This document shows positions 41,106 to 54,100 of a stretch of 64,000 nt of DNA, in pieces. The position numbers and the translations under genes were made by a program. The notes beneath the pieces are model-generated. The model was not told the DNA's origin and ran no database searches. It saw nothing but the letters and a program-made list of their open reading frames with translations. The number at the start of each line of letters is the position of its first letter. Position 1 is the stretch's first letter. Location: assembly GCA_015680685.1 (NCBI GenBank), contig MNCI01002748.1:464856-528855 (forward strand), written 5' to 3'. Source of the stretch: Gnetum montanum. Taxonomy: Eukaryota > Plantae > Gnetophyta.

Positions 41106-41196
41106 CCTATTTATAGGAATGGGGGACGCGATATCGCGTACGGTACATCGCGTATGCGATATCTCGTGGGACGCGATATCGCGTACGCAATATCTC
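41106..41196 (-). promoter_or_regulatory. Putative internal promoter of the accessory ORF: GCGATATCGC array + CTATAAATAGG
   Basis: Same motif and a similar TATA spacing to the LTR U3, ~470 bp upstream of the ATG at 40639. Confidence 0.7.
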
Positions 41197-43121
41197 GGCC
41201 CAACCAAAGTGAGACAACTGGCAAAAACCAAATTTTTAATAATTTTTCTTGAAATTAATATGTAAAATGAGGACATTAACAAGGATGAATGTCTTCAAGG
41301 GTAATTACATGAATTCAAGAGGCACTGTGAATGAAATTGGTGTGAATTTAACAATTAAAACTTTGGCGGTTATGAAGAAAAGGGAATGTAATGGTACATT
41401 GGAATGTTAAAGTTTTGAGGGTTAATAAATGGGAAAGAAAGTTATGAAAATTAACTGAGGGTAAGAAATTGTGTGTTCTAGCTAAAGAATTAATGAAGAT
41501 TACAACAAAATTACACAAGTGGGTCCTCCCCAAAGCAGGTTTCAACCTATTATGCCCTTGTGTAATCACACTTAAAGTGTCCGTGGGCACTAGAAGGGTT
41601 AGAGGTAATCTGCACTAACTCCACAAAACACATGCATGTAAATATCACCGAAATGAGATGAAAATTCTATGCTACATGGGACACGAGCTACAATTACATG
41701 AACAGTGAGATGAGACGAAGTATAGAAAGGGATCGTAGAGATCGGGACATGAGGTAACTGTCGCAGAGTATAATGAATCCTGCGTGTAAAGCATGATTAA
41801 TGTATCATTAACCCGTCATTCCAAGATCAAGACCAAGTCCATCCTTCTAAACAGTGACATCGCATTGTTTCATCCCATGATGAACAACTATGAGAGTACC
41901 ACGACAACAAGGCGTACGATCACTTGGCATTAAGTACAAGGGAGGAGTGATTTTTGTTTTATGGCACTTCTTTTTCTTTTTTTTTTCTTTTTCACTTTTT
42001 TGAATCTAGAGAAGCTGCCAACCATCAGGCATGGGTGCATGTCTTTCCAGTGGGACCCCCTAGAACAACGTTTGATTGTCGAGTGCCCTTTTGATTACTC
42101 TTACTCCCATTTTTCTTTAGATCTACAAGGATCTTAGTACAACCATATTGCATGATAACACCCACAGAAGCCACCAAGGAGAATCCACAAGTCCCCTTGA
42201 TGTCACACCCTAATCATTCCCTCTTGGTCCATCCTTCTTCATTCTGGGTACAATGAATACAAAATTAATTGTAAGTTTTTAGAAATTTCAAGAATATCAC
42301 TGTACCCTAGAACAGAACCTCTTATTTATAGAGTGGATGAGTGGGTGTAGTGGGATCACTTTTTTAAATAATTGACCACTCATGACTTAATAACATAAAA
42401 CACATCTCAACCAATGATCTACATGAGTGTTTTATTAGTAGANNNNNNNNNNNNNNNNNNNNNNNNNNNNNNNNNNNNNNNNNNNNNNNNNNNNNNNNNN
42501 NNNNNNNNNNNNNNNNNNNNNNNNNNNNNNNNNNNNNNNNNNNNNNNNNNNNNNNNNNNNNNNNNNNNNNNNNNNNNNNNNNNNNNNNNNNNNNNNNNNN
42601 NNNNNNNNNNNNNNNNNNNNNNNNNNNNNNNNNNNNNNNNNNNNNNNNNNNNNNNNNNNNNNNNNNNNNNNNNNNNNNNNNNNNNNNNNNNNNNNNNNNN
42701 NNNNNNNNNNNNNNNNNNNNNNNNNNNNNNNNNNNNNNNNNNNNNNNNNNNNNNNNNNNNNNNNNNNNNNNNNNNNNNNNNNNNNNNNNNNNNNNNNNNN
42801 NNNNNNNNNNNNNNNNNNNNNNNNNNNNNNNNNNNNNNNNNNNNNNNNNNNNNNNNNNNNNNNNNNNNNNNNNNNNNNNNNNNNNNNNNNNNNNNNNNNN
42901 NNNNNNNNNNNNNNNNNNNNNNNNNNNNNNNNNNNNNNNNNNNNNNNNNNNNNNNNNNNNNNNNNNNNNNNNNNNNNNNNNNNNNNNNNNNNNNNNNNNN
43001 NNNNNNNNNNNNNNNNNNNNNNNNNNNNNNNNNNNNNNNNNNNNNNNNNNNNNNNNNNNNNNNNNNNNNNNNNNNNNNNNNNNNNNNNNNNNNNNNNNNN
43101 NNNNNNNNNNNNNNNNNNNNN

Positions 43122-43895
43122 ACGTTATAAGCATTTGGATTCGGAAAATGTGAAGGGTGCCTCTAGTCCAAGGGTGGGTTCCCCCACGACTGGGATTGTT
43201 GCCACTGTGGTCTAACACAGTATCTCTGTACGAACTCTGGATGTAACGTGTTTTCCCAATGCTCATGTAGATGCAACAATATTGGGCATTGGCCCTTGGG
43301 GTGATCGTACAGGCATATGTTGCATTCATATGTATGATTGACAGTTGAGCGCTTATTCCCTTCATTCCTTCTTTCCGAATGTCTAATATTTCACCCTGCT
43401 TCTTGGGTTGTCGAAACTCTATCTCCAATGATGTTGACATACTCTCCACACTTTTGATTCATCCATTCCAACATCTTATTGATCTTTGCCTCAGCCTCTT
43501 CTAACAATTGTTGTATAGGCAAAGGTGATGTTTCCACCTTAGATTTTGTTGATCTCTCCTTGTTATGATCATGGACCTTTGTTGAGTGAACATTTTGGTC
43601 CCGTTTATGTTTTTCAACACTCTCCCATGTAGCTAATTCTCCTTCTTCTTTTGCTACCCGCTTAATAAGGTCTTGGACTTGATGGGTTCGTAGGTTTTAT
43701 AGTTAACCTTGGGCATACGTTCCTAAGGTCTCTCTAGTTTCATTACGTAGCCCATCAATGATATGGTACATTAGCCTTTCCTCGGAAAACCCATGGCCTG
43801 GACAGTTGTTTAACAGTGAATAATATCTTTCTAAGGCCATGTCCAAGGGTTCATGTTTTTCTTGTTTCCATCCTTGGATTTGTTTCCTCAAGGCT
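43122..43895 (-). pseudogene. gag: gag fragment of Ath-4 between gaps, with an intact CX2CX3HX4C knuckle
   Basis: RKQIQGWKQEKHEPLDMALERYYSLLNNCPGHGFSE (43703-43891) and YECNICLYDHPKGQCP at ~43283-43330. Confidence 0.85.
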
Positions 43896-44692
43896 NNNNN
43901 NNNNNNNNNNNNNNNNNNNNNNNNNNNNNNNNNNNNNNNNNNNNNNNNNNNNNNNNNNNNNNNNNNNNNNNNNNNNNNNNNNNNNNNNNNNNNNNNNNNN
44001 NNNNNNNNNNNNNNNNNNNNNNNNNNNNNNNNNNNNNNNNNNNNNNNNNNNNNNNNNNNNNNNNNNNNNNNNNNNNNNNNNNNNNNNNNNNNNNNNNNNN
44101 NNNNNNNNNNNNNNNNNNNNNNNNNNNNNNNNNNNNNNNNNNNNNNNNNNNNNNNNNNNNNNNNNNNNNNNNNNNNNNNNNNNNNNNNNNNNNNNNNNNN
44201 NNNNNNNNNNNNNNNNNNNNNNNNNNNNNNNNNNNNNNNNNNNNNNNNNNNNNNNNNNNNNNNNNNNNNNNNNNNNNNNNNNNNNNNNNNNNNNNNNNNN
44301 NNNNNNNNNNNNNNNNNNNNNNNNNNNNNNNNNNNNNNNNNNNNNNNNNNNNNNNNNNNNNNNNNNNNNNNNNNNNNNNNNNNNNNNNNNNNNNNNNNNN
44401 NNNNNNNNNNNNNNNNNNNNNNNNNNNNNNNNNNNNNNNNNNNNNNNNNNNNNNNNNNNNNNNNNNNNNNNNNNNNNNNNNNNNNNNNNNNNNNNNNNNN
44501 NNNNNNNNNNNNNNNNNNNNNNNNNNNNNNNNNNNNNNNNNNNNNNNNNNNNNNNNNNNNNNNNNNNNNNNNNNNNNNNNNNNNNNNNNNNNNNNNNNNN
44601 NNNNNNNNNNNNNNNNNNNNNNNNNNNNNNNNNNNNNNNNNNNNNNNNNNNNNNNNNNNNNNNNNNNNNNNNNNNNNNNNNNNNNNNNNNNN

Positions 44693-45179
44693 AGGGTGAG
44701 AAACTACTCGCGATGAGTAACCGATTCCTTAACTAGCTGTACACACCCGTAGATGCTTGTAGCTAAGTCGTACTCACACCATGCTATGAAAGCAATAAAT
44801 AACATTAAATAAATAACAAATAAACAAACTAAGTGAATGCTGCAATGATGAAGTACTCTTGATCTTTATTGCCGGTCATGTGCGTGTCCAAGTATGGCAC
44901 ACTCGAATAAAGACACCGTACAATTACATTCACCACATTGCGGGCAAACACGGGAAAAAATCTAACTCTGGAGGGATCAAACTGCCAGAGCTTCGCTACA
45001 CTAAAACTGGGATCCTTAAACAAATGAGAGCTGCCTCTTATTTATAGACATGGCAGCGCACTGCGATATCGCGTACGTGATATCGTAGGGAAGGACGCGA
45101 TATCACGGGGGATGCGATATCACGTCGGCTGCGATATCGCGTATGCAATATCGCGGCCGACGCAAACCGTGTCTCATCA
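44693..45179 (-). repeat. Visible part of the 5' LTR of Ath-4
   Basis: Direct repeat of 37367-37836. TATA at 45037-45047 and six GCGATATCGC-type units at 45062-45154. Confidence 0.95.
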
Positions 45180-45821
45180 GCATGCTATATGATTCACATA
45201 TTTATTCATGTAATAGGTTATATGTAAATTTATCTTATGGATATTATCATGTTAGATGAACATTGGAGATATTTGTAGCTAGGGGATGAATAACTTATAT
45301 TTATGATTATGATATGTTATGTTATCACTATTTAGATATTTTCCCATAGATTAGGATATTGGTAGCTCTTTCATATATTGGTAGATGCCTAGTTCAAATT
45401 TTAGCTTATTGAATCTAGCGCTTTAATAGTTAATGCTAGCATGCACTTTGGACACTTATACTCCATTCATTCTACATGTCCATGTCATGGATTTTAAAAA
45501 GAAAAAAAAAACATTTAAGTCAAAGTTCAAGGTAATATTTACATATGAAAGTTTAGCAAAATCAAGTACAAGCATGAAGACAAAGATCAAATTTTAAGAG
45601 AAGATAAAATAGCTTTATGTAAAATAGGGACAAAGACCATGTATTTTATATTTTAATTTTCATAACTAAAGGAAAAAAAATTAAAAATTCCATTTATTTT
45701 ACCTTTTATAAAATATTGATGAGTAGATGTAATTAAATAATGGTCCCAATCTCTTATTTCCCATTAATTTCTAGCCCATTTGACAAAAAATAGGATTTTC
45801 CATTAGATACCATTATGGCTA

Positions 45822-46838
45822 TGATGAGCCAGCCAAAATTTAATGCTAGATTACCTTCATTGCAACAATGTCATCCCACAAGTTGTATCCATGGACAAAT
45901 GGTTAAAAGTTAAATAAATAATCAAGAAAAGCAATTGAATAAATTTAATTCCAATTAAATACCACATTTATGACTATCACTCATAAGATAAATCACAAAT
46001 TCTAAACCTAACTTCTAAATTAAGTTCAAAAATGGAATTTAATGATTAAATTAACTTTAAAGCTATTGAATAAAAAATATAATTTTTAAGGAGCACAAGG
46101 GAGATATTGCCTAATCTATAATTCTGCCTTTCTATCTTCATAGTGCAACAAACTCAACAACCTGTCAATGGACTATAATAGTTGGCAGTTACCATATGGT
46201 TCAACTCACTCAAATATTTCTTGGGGATTAGGGAATTACTTCAAAATGACTTGAGTTCTCTTAGAGTATGAATTGTTACCCTTCCTTTGATTAAGTAGGT
46301 TTCTTTTATACTAGAAGGAATGAAAAACTAATTTAGAAAAGATAGCTATGTGGGCACATCAAGTGACATTACAAGAATTACTATGAATTAATATCATTGC
46401 TAGAGAAATCTTGACTTATCCATCTACATAGTGGCTACAATCTATTTCTACTTCTTATTTTTTTAATGCATATTGTAACTATGATCTAGATCAATATCTC
46501 TATTCTACTGAAGCCTTTAGATCCTCATGACTTTGATGATATTGATCTTCATTGTATTTTCTCTAGGTATCGATAAGATTAAGGTTGATTTTTTTGGATC
46601 CTTGTGATGAATATCAATATTCCATGCATTGAAGTCTATCAAAATTTTTGTAGGAATTGATATGACATTGATTCAGGCCATAGTTTCTATATCCTATTAA
46701 ACATAACTTTTGAAAAAATGATTAATACTTATTGAATATCACCATGGAAATCGATGTACTTTAATAACCTCACATAACAAAAAAATAAAAATTTAAACTC
46801 ATTTAATCAAAACTGAAAGATGATAAGAAGGTTCATCA
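45822..46838 (-). repeat. 3' LTR of Ath-5
   Basis: TGATGAGCCAGCC..GTTCATCA, repeated at 57266-58293 and followed by TAGCCCCCTAC (PPT on the minus strand). Confidence 0.9.
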
Positions 46839-47339
46839 TAGCCCCCTACTAGCCTTTGGCCAGTGCTTGATCAACAAAGGAAAAAGATATATCTAATACA
46901 TTTGCATGAAATATGTAAATAATTATGCTACATCAGTTAGCTCTAATATCCATCAAACAAGACACAAAATGAGTAATTCAATATCATGGTAAATATAATC
47001 CTCAAAACATTCTAACCACTATCAGAAATAAGTATGAAAATGATACTAAGAGAAATCACAAATCTATAGTTCACGTCCATTTCTAAAAATAGTGCCTAAA
47101 ACTTCTTAGAAAACCATTTAATTCCATTACATCCTTATCCAAAAAAGTAGTCTCATAAGAAAAAACTTAGTACTACAATCATCAAAATTAAATTTCTTCC
47201 AACCATCATAATATCCAAGTCCACTACAAATAAGGATTACACATACATCATAATAATGAAAGCCAATAACATGTTTAAAACTTAGCCTACTCTTAAATAA
47301 CAAATGGCCTAACTAGCCTAACACAAACTAGAGTAACTC

Positions 47340-48370
47340 AAAGAATCAAATCTTGGATCCTCCCTTAACTTTCATGTCCTTCTCAAAATGACAAGGCTCA
47401 TCTCCTTCATCATGATCATAGATTTGTAGATGCATATTCTATTTAATATCTATCACTCTTTTATCCAAAGCCATCATGGTAGAACTTACCCTCTCTAGGA
47501 TGGATAGGATCTCCCTTTGACTAGACCAGATCTCTTACATCTAGGTTGTCAATCCCTCTAGAATCTCCCTTACTTTATTAGCCTAGGATGTGAACATGTA
47601 CTCTAGATCATTAGATTCTTTGATGAAGGGATTGACCTTGGTGTATATCTTTAGTATTCTTGAAAAGGTATCCTTCTTTAGGACTATCCGGTTGATCCTT
47701 GTGCTAGTTTGAGGCTCTAGCATTCCAAGATTCTACAAAATCACTAAAATCATAAATGGAAAATACATTTTGAGGACATCATCATTATAATGATACACCA
47801 TGCACCCAATAGGTAGGTATACAAAGCTAGCTTCCTCTCCAAACTTTAGTGCCTTCATCACCTGAAGGATTGGGTTGAGGATGTAGGTAGCATGGATTGA
47901 TGGTAGGACATTCAGCATAATTATCTTTGTCATCACCCTATGTTCTAGATGTATATTGATGAAGTGGACTCCAAAGGACTAGACCTTGGTAGAATTAGAA
48001 TCATCGATGAATTGATTGAAGAGATTGTACTTCTCTTTCATACTTTCTTTTGGTTTATAGATGTCCTGTTTACTACCATGTAGACCAAAAAATTCTTGAA
48101 GCTATTCCACCATGATCTTCATCCTAGTTTTCCTCACTGAGGAAAATAGGTATTTCTTTGTAGGCTCTATCTTAGTGAGGTGCAGCTTCAAGTTTCTATA
48201 AAACTCTAGGATCTCCTCCTGGTAGTACTAATTGATTGGGGGTTTGATGAACACACCACAACCCAATGCCTCAATTTATTGATAGATGCTCATATTAGTA
48301 TGGTCAAACCATTTTGTGTAATTAGATTGAACATGAAAGGGAGTTATTTTTAATCTCTTGTTTCTTAGTG
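47340..48370 (-). pseudogene. Accessory (env-like) ORF remnant of Ath-5
   Basis: The minus strand near 48190-48230 encodes YYQEEILEFYRNLK, resembling the Y..LVREFYANL motif of Athila ORF / plant transposon proteins. Confidence 0.65.
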
Positions 48371-51179
48371 ACTACATAAAGATAAGAAGGTTAAGCATGT
48401 GAAAGTTATCAGTGATTTCCTTTGAGAAGCCTATGCTTACCTTGCCTTGTTGCTTAGTGATTAATGATTATGCCATTTATATGCCTAGAAAACATGATAA
48501 ATGCACTGTAGGGAAAAACAAGGGTTATCCTCTACCAGAAATAGTAAGGTTCTATCTATTTCCAATAAAGGTAAGACTTACTTGACATTTTGATAGTAAG
48601 CAAACATCAATGTGGTCCTACCTTTCTTCAAGGTGGGAGATCTAGTGCTACCTAAATGGTAATAAAGGAGAATATCTAGAAAGGTAGTGTGATAGTAGGG
48701 TGGTGGACACATAAGACTTTCAAGTAGGGTTACAAATGATTATGGAAATTGGGCAGTGGCTTTTGTAAATTACAACCATCACCTTTTTGTTAATATATGT
48801 TTACCTTTTTTACCATATCAATCCTACTCATGGAATCAAGATATGTTAAAAATAAAGGATTGATCTTTATCATGATAGTGGCAATTATTAATTTAGGTTT
48901 TGTATGAAACTCATCATATCTATTCTTATCACTGGATCTATGGAGATCGATATCATTGTATCATTTATATCGAATTATATTGCATCTGCACTATTCAAAT
49001 ACAAGTGTCTCAAGAAAATTTTCTTGTTTTTGTAGCTCCTTGATTTTGTCAATATACATTGATATCATTGAATACTTTTATATCAAACTATATTGTGCCT
49101 ACTCTCTTAACATGCAAGTGTCTTGAGAAAATTTCCATAGTATCACAAATCATTAATCTAATTAATGAATTTTGATATCATTGTATATTTTTCAATCGAA
49201 CTTTATCGATTAAATCGATATCATTATCAATAAATTGAAGGTAGATTCTTTTGTCAAATTTATTGAAATTGAAGAATCGGTATACTTCATTATATGATAT
49301 CTTGAGACATTAAAGTATCAATTTCTATCAAGATCCTAAAACCCTAAGGATTTTCTAATTTCTCATGTCTCTCTTAACATCGATTTTGCGATATCCCTCG
49401 ATTATGTAAACTATCCTATTGTAGGTCTTAGAATATCATAGTATATATCAATATATGATTTAAATTTTATTAATAAATTTATTAAACAAATTTTTTGATA
49501 GATCTTTAATCCCCCAACCTATACATTTTATCATAAGATACTATTAACTTGGGTTATGGAGTATTGGGTAAAAGTTCATATACAGCATAGTTAGGAAGGT
49601 CCACCTAGGATTACCTGGACTAAAATTCTTCTCACAAAGGTTTTGCTTTATTCATTGGAAGGATGACTTACAATCTCAAGGTTTATATCTTTCCTATGTT
49701 TTAAGGATCTAAGATGCATTTCTTTCAATAAAATCATTTTCTAACTTGATCTTGGTTTAGCTCCCATGTTGGTTGTACCCTACTATCCTTCCCTTCTACT
49801 ATATTAACAACTTTATCCCTCCTCTTTAATTAATCTAGGTTATATCCTTAACCTAGGTTAATTAGATTAACTATTTATTAGTGTAGACTACAAACTAAAT
49901 AGGAGAGTAGACCAAGAGAAAGTATGACATGGGTTTTTAATACTCTACTATTAATGAATCATAAGTAAGCTTTGAACTTGCAAAGGTTAGTATCCTTATT
50001 GCTCAAGACATAGTAGGGATCTTAGCCACTAACTCCTATGGAAGGCATGTTGGGAAACCATATGAAGATTTAAAAATTTTCAATTAGTTATGGAAATTAT
50101 AGTTTGCAGTCATGGACTTTGATGGTAGTCATGTAGTGAAATGACAAAACGTTTGGAGGTTATTTATGAATCATAGTAAAGCTACAATACTTAGTTAACA
50201 TATTGGGGAAAAGAAAGGGATAGAAGAAACATTAGTTCTATTAAATATGACATTTCAAAGGCTAAGAGATTAAATAACATGAGTAAGAAAAATGTTTATT
50301 AATTATAAGATTGTTCATTATGCCACCTACTTAGGTTAGTCAATCCTCTCCTTAATAGTGTTACATCCTAGCTATCTAAAGTAGTGACTGCCATGACTAC
50401 TGATCCACCCATAGTAATTCTGCTCATAGAAGGGGGTTCTTGTGGAATGCTTGAAGAATGTGAGAATTTGGCATCACCCAAACTATAAGGTTCTTGTGCG
50501 AGTGTAGCTCTTCTCATGATTGAAAGTTGTTTTAGGGCATTATTTTTATTAAATTCAATACGTGATTTAACCATAAGGCTCTTGTGGAAGCCTCTTTTGC
50601 TTTTTTGTTTTAATTGAATGGGTTTCTCATATGGATGTTGATCTTGTTTCATTTTATTAAATGCTTTTTCCACCTTAGATGCTAGACCCAATATAACACA
50701 CTCATTTCTTCATATTGACTATCCAAAGTAAGTAACTAATATACATCTTATAATTATAAACATTGGNNNNNNNNNNNNNNNNNNNNNNNNNNNNNNNNNN
50801 NNNNNNNNNNNNNNNNNNNNNNNNNNNNNNNNNNNNNNNNNNNNNNNNNNNNNNNNNNNNNNNNNNNNNNNNNNNNNNNNNNNNNNGGAGTTACCCTTCT
50901 CCCTTGCATTATAGACATGATGCTACTAAATTCTTTAAAGTCCCAACTAACAATATAATTTTTGATTATGCTCTACATTTTTCAAGGTAAAAATTCTAGA
51001 ATTTTTTTTTCCTTAATTTGGTTTTACATTATTGAATAAGATATTTAATTATCTAAGCTAAAATTACTCTCTATCATTTTGGCCTCTAATTGACTACCAT
51101 CATCTTTTATTTCATCTATAGGATGATTGGAATCACTTAATTCTACTAATTCATCCACCCCAAGCTCTTCTAACTAATG

Positions 51180-54100
51180 TTGATGATAATTCTTAAGTCT
51201 TTGGTCATTTGTTGAGAGTGTAGATAGGTCTTCAACAAGTGCAATTAAGACACTACTATTTTTATAGGGTTGTAATACTAGATATGGACCTTCCCACCAA
51301 GTTGTTAATTTCCTTGGAAATTTATGTAGTCTCATGTTATATTACAAGACTTTATCTCATTTCAAAAATTGCTTATTTATTATCTTTGGATTGTGCATAC
51401 ACTTCAATTTTATTTTTTAATTATTTTTTGTTTGTCAAGTACATGCACGTGTAATTCGATAAGTTCATGATGGTGGATCATCCTAAAGTTTTGATTAAGT
51501 TCATCATCAAAACTTAGTAGATGTGCTAATCTTAGATACTGCTATTTTATTTCAATGGGTAATATACATTATTTACCATAAACCAATTGATAGGGTGAAT
51601 AACCTAAGGTTGGTTTATAAGTAATCCTCTAAGCCTAAAGTGCATCTTGTAATTTTCTAGATGAATCCTTATTTTTAGCATAAATAGTTTTAGCTAAAAT
51701 TTTTAGGATGATTCTATTAGCATTTTCAACTAGACCATTAGTTTGAGGATGGTAGGTAGTAACTATTTTATGTTGTATTCCACAAGTTTTAAGAAATTTT
51801 TCCATTATCTTATTTATAAAATGAGTTCCCTAATCACTAATGAGTACATGTGGAGTCCCAAATCATGTTAAAATATGTTCCATTAGAAAAGCTACAACTA
51901 ACTTAACATAATTTGTTGAAGTAGCTTTAGCCTCTATCCATTTAGTAACATAAGCTATACATACTAGGATATATTGACATCTATTGAAAGGTGGAAATGG
52001 TCCTAAAAAATCAATACATCAAACATTGAAAGGTTCTATTATTAAAATTGGGTTGAGTGATATTTCTTATCTTTTTATTATTTCCATAAACATCATCCTT
52101 GGACATATGTGTGAGCATCTTTAAAGATATTAGGCTAAGAAAAATCACTTTGTAATATTTTTATAGCTATTCTATGATCATCAAAATTTCCTCCTCCAAG
52201 GTCATCATGATACACAGAGGACTTCTTTTTATTCTTCTTGGGCAAAGCATCTTCTCGCCACTTCATCCATCCATACATGATAGAGGTATGATTTACTCCA
52301 AATGTGCCTGGATACTTATTTTAGAAAAGACTTCTTCTCTTCGTAACTCAATGAAATTGGAATTTTTATTGTGGCTAAATAGTTTGCTATATCAACAAAC
52401 CATGGATCCTTTTTTACTAGAAAATTTTGTTCATTTGGAAATTTATCACTAAAATACCCTCTTTCCCTATTTTCTTCTAAAGTTTCAACTCTATAAATGT
52501 TATTTTACACAAGCTTTTCTCTACCACTTTTATCTAGGAATTCAAGAGCAAATTCTTGAAGTAGCAAATACCACTTCATAAACCTAGCATTTCTACCTTT
52601 TGGTTGGCTAAGAATTTTATGGTTGAATGATTAGTATATACCTTACTTTTATATCCTATTAAGTAATGTCTAAACTTATCTAGAGCATACATAATTACTA
52701 AAACTTATTTTTTAGTAGTTATGTAATTTACTTGAGCTTCGTCCAATCTTTTAGAAACATAGTAAATTAACCTAGGCATATTTTCTCTGATAGCCATATC
52801 ACTAGCATCATACATTAAGTTAAAAGGAAAATCCCAATTAGGTGAATTAAGAACTAGAGCAAAAGTTACCTTTCCCTTAAGTTCTATGAAGCCTTCTTGA
52901 TAATCATTAGTCCAGGTGAAAGGAACATATTTTTCTAAAAGTTTATAAAGAGATTAGTAATTTTTGAAAAATCTTCAATAAACTTCCTATAGTATCTAGC
53001 ATGATCTAAGAAGGATATAAGTGTTTTTAAATTGGTTGGAGTTGGAAGTTTAGAAATTACCATAAATTTTTCTACATCCATTTTAATTTGCTCTTTAGAG
53101 ATTATGTTTCCTAAAAAAACACTACTTGTTAACATTAAATGTCTCTTTTCTAGCTTAATTAAATTTTTTTCTATGCATCCATCGAAGATATTCTCTAAAC
53201 ATTCTAATGCTTGTTATATTTATCTCCATACAAAAAAATTATCCATAAATACTTCCATGTATTCCTCTAACATGTAAGATAAAATAGATATCATTCCTCT
53301 TTCAAAGGTATCAAGTGCATTACAAAGACCAAAAGGTATTCTTCTATAGGCAAGGGTACCATATGGGCAAGTAAAATGTGTTTTTTTTTACTAATATTAT
53401 GGTGTAATGACTACTTGATTATAGCCATTGAACCCATTGAAAAATAAATAATATTCATGCCCTTCTAACCTTTCTAAGATTTGGTCTATATAGGTAAAGG
53501 AGAATGATCCTTTTTAGTACTTTGATTAAGTTTTCTATAATCCACACATACTCTCCATATACCTTCCTTTTTAGGAATGGCTATCATGGAACTCATCCTT
53601 TCACTATTATTTATTGAGTAAATAATTACTTCCTTCTAAACTTTGAAAGTTTCATCCTTAACAATTTTCTTTAGGACTAGATTGATTTTCCTAGAGGGGA
53701 TTCTAACAGGTTTAACATTGTCTTCTGGATATATGTATAATGTTGATGTATGTTAGGTAAGATTCCATGATGGAGATCCTCATAGCTCCATGAAAATTCC
53801 TTGGATTTTCTTTTTAATATTTTAATTAATTTTTTTCTTAGTTAATGATTAATTAATAGTTTATTATTAGTGGTTTATTCTCATCAAGGAAAATATACTT
53901 AAGCAGTTCTGGTAGTTCCCTCAGTTCTAGAAAGTTACTAGTTGGTGATTCAATATTATCTCCAACAATTCTTGATCCTACATTCAAAATTTGATCCAAG
54001 AGATTATGTTGTTCTATAGTGGAAGAATCTAAGGGCTCCTCCTCAAGATTATTGAGTACTAAAGTTTTCCTCTCTTTTGCCACAACAAAAGTTTATATTG

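Larger units (their letters stand above)
36845..45179 (-). mobile_element. Ath-4: youngest Athila element (gag + long accessory ORF; no pol visible, three gaps)
   Basis: TGATGAG...CTCATCA termini with a perfect TSD GCATG (36840-36844 and 45180-45184). CpG-rich. Confidence 0.95.

Noticed and set aside
41049-41282. Overlapping ORFs on both strands with RDIA/DAIS repeats
   Set aside because: By-product of the stop-free palindromic DNA array rather than a protein.
42364-44736. Long ORFs of 238-361 aa in the ORF track
   Set aside because: Artefacts of N runs; the same applies to those at 38057-38497 and 50763-50990.
50368-50691. 107-aa ORF inside Ath-5 as an extra gene
   Set aside because: Non-ATG start, no recognisable motif and no homologue in the other elements.
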